The notes below the pieces were generated by a model. It searched no databases, was not told the DNA's origin, and saw only the letters and a program-made list of their open reading frames with translations. A stretch of DNA of 64,000 bases, taken from positions 264,492,001-264,556,000 of the forward strand of contig OZ024741.1 in assembly GCA_964016885.1 (NCBI GenBank), read 5' to 3'. Below, piece after piece: positions 61,910 to 64,000 of this stretch. Source of the stretch: Eledone cirrhosa. Lineage: Eukaryota. Numbering within the stretch: position 1 is the first letter of the stretch; every line of letters starts with the position of its first letter. Position numbers and translations under genes: made by a program.

Positions 61910-64000
61910 ACCCACAGTGTGGTATGGGGTATAGTTATACCAGTCCCACAGTGTGGTATGTGGAATAGTTATACCAGTCCCACAGTGTGGTATGTGGTAT
62001 AGTTATACCAGTCCCACAGTGTGGTATGTGGAATAGTTATATCAGTCCCACAGTGTGGTATGTGGAATAGTTATACCAGTCCCATAGTGTGGTATGTGGT
62101 ATAGTTATACCAGTCCCACAGTGTGGTATAGTTATACCAGTCCCACAGTGTGGCATGTGGTGTAGTTATACCAGTCCCACAGTGTGGTATGTGGTATAGT
62201 TATACCAGTCCCACAGTGGTATGTGGTATAGTTATACCAGTCACACAGTGTGGTATAGTTATACCAGTCCCACAGTGTGGCATGTGGTGTAGTTATACCA
62301 GTCCCACAGTGTGGTATGTGGTATAGTTATACCAGTCCCACAGTGTGGGATAAGCTATAGTTATACTAGTCTCACAGTGTGGTATGTGGTATTGTTATAC
62401 CAGTCACACAGTGTGACATGTGGTGTAGTTATACCAGTCCCACAGTGTTGTATGTGGTATAGTTATACCAGTCCCATAGTGTGGTATAGTTATACCAGTC
62501 CCACAGTGTGCTATAGTTATACCAGTCCTACAGTGTGGTGTGTGGTATAGTTACACCAGTCCCACAGTGTGGTATGTGCTATAGTTATACCAGTCCCACA
62601 GCGTGGTATGTAGTATAGTTATACCAGTCCCTCAGTGTGGTATGTGGTATAGTTAAACCAGTGCCACAGTGTGGTATGTGCTATAGTTATACCAGTCCCA
62701 CAGTGTGGTATGTGGTACAGTTCCACCAGACCCACAGTCTGGTATGTGGTATAGTTATACCAGTCCCACAGTGTGGTATGTGGTATAGTTACACCAGTCC
62801 CACAGTGTGGTATGAGGTATAGTTATACCAGTCTCACAGTGTGGTATGTGGTATAGTTATACCAGTCCCACAGTGTGACATGTGGTGTAGTTATACCAGT
62901 CCCACAGTGTGGTATGTGGTATAGTTATACCAGTCCCATAGTGTGGTATAGTTATACCAGTCCCACAGTGTGCTATAGTTATACCAGTCCCACAGTGTGG
63001 TGTGTGGTATAGTTATACCAGTCCCTCAGTGTGGTATGTGGTGTAGTAATACCAGTGCCACAGTGTGGTATGTGCTATAGTTATACCAGACCCACAGTGT
63101 GGTATGTGGTATAGTTATACCAGTCCAACATTGTGGTATGTGATACAGTTCCACCAGACCCACAGTCTGGTATGTGGTATAGTTATACCAGTCCCACAGT
63201 GTGGTGTGTGGTATAGTTATACCAGTCCCACAGTGTGGTATGTGGTATAGATATAACAGTCCGACAGTGTGGTAAGTTGTATAGTTATACCAGTCCATCA
63301 GTGGGTATGTGGTATAGTTACACTTGGCCCACAGTGTGGTATAGTTATACCAGTCCCACAGTGTGGTATGTGGTATAGTTATACCAGTCCCACAGTGTGG
63401 GATGTGCTATAGTCATACCAGTCCCACAGTGTGTTATGTGGTATAGTGACACCAGTCCCACAGTGTGGTATGTGGTGTAGTTATACCAGTCCCATAGTCT
63501 GGTATATGGGATAGTTATACCAGTCCCACAGTGTGGTATGTTGTATAGTAATACCAGTCCCACAGTGTGGTATGTGGTATAGTTATACCAGTCCCACAGT
63601 GTGGTATGTGGTATAGTTATACCAGTCCCATAGTGCGGTATAGTTACACCAGTCCCACAGTGTGGTGTGTGGTATAGTTATACCAGTCCCTCAGTGTGGT
63701 TTGTGGTGTAGTTATACCAGACCCACAGGGTGGTATGTGCTATAGTTATACCAGTCCCACAGTGTGGTATGTGGTATAGTTATACCAGTTCCGCATTGTG
63801 GTATGTGGTACAGTTCACCAGACCCACAGTCTGGTATGTGGTATAGTTATACCTGTCCCAAAGTGTGGTATGTGGTATAGTTAAACCAGTCCCACAGTGT
63901 GGTGTGTGGTATAGTTAAACCAATCCCACAGTGTGGTACGTGGTATAGTTATACCAGTCCCACAGTGTGTATAGTTACACCAGTCCCAAATAGTGGTATG
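61910..64000. repeat. 34-bp satellite (with 27-bp variant) running off the window end
   Basis: ccacagtgtggtatgtggtatagttataccagtc tandem units. Confidence 0.97.

Noticed and set aside
61910-64000. CRISPR-like palindromic ~34-bp repeats
   Set aside because: Repeats are contiguous with no unique spacers and no cas genes; eukaryotic satellite

Overview
Gene-poor, repeat-saturated eukaryotic DNA. The repeat landscape resembles a cephalopod (octopus-type) genome; this is an inference. The centre holds a ~17.6 kb head-to-tail array of three nearly identical ~5.8 kb L1/Tx1-clade non-LTR retrotransposons (ORF1 with a CCHC knuckle; ORF2 APE-RT-zinc finger). The units are joined by (ATT)n and nested in the T-rich 3' region of a 5'-truncated Penelope element, whose inverted pseudo-LTR brackets the array. 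An older decayed sister Tx1 lies on the minus strand (4191-9733) and 3' fragments of two further relatives are present. In both full-length Tx1 lineages ORF2 is bracketed by a perfect AG|GTAAGT donor at the ORF1 stop and an AG formed by the ORF2 TAG stop. Removing it as an intron regenerates an ORF1 of the same length, which suggests a spliced ORF1-only mRNA (hypothesis). The window also has about a dozen Penelope-type minimal hammerhead ribozyme motifs from several families, Penelope RT/GIY-YIG fragments, a decayed R4/Dong-like LINE, a deleted mariner with 103-bp TIRs, tRNA-SINE clusters, RTE-derived short elements and many micro/minisatellites. Most long ORFs in the track are microsatellite artefacts. 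No host gene is securely identified.
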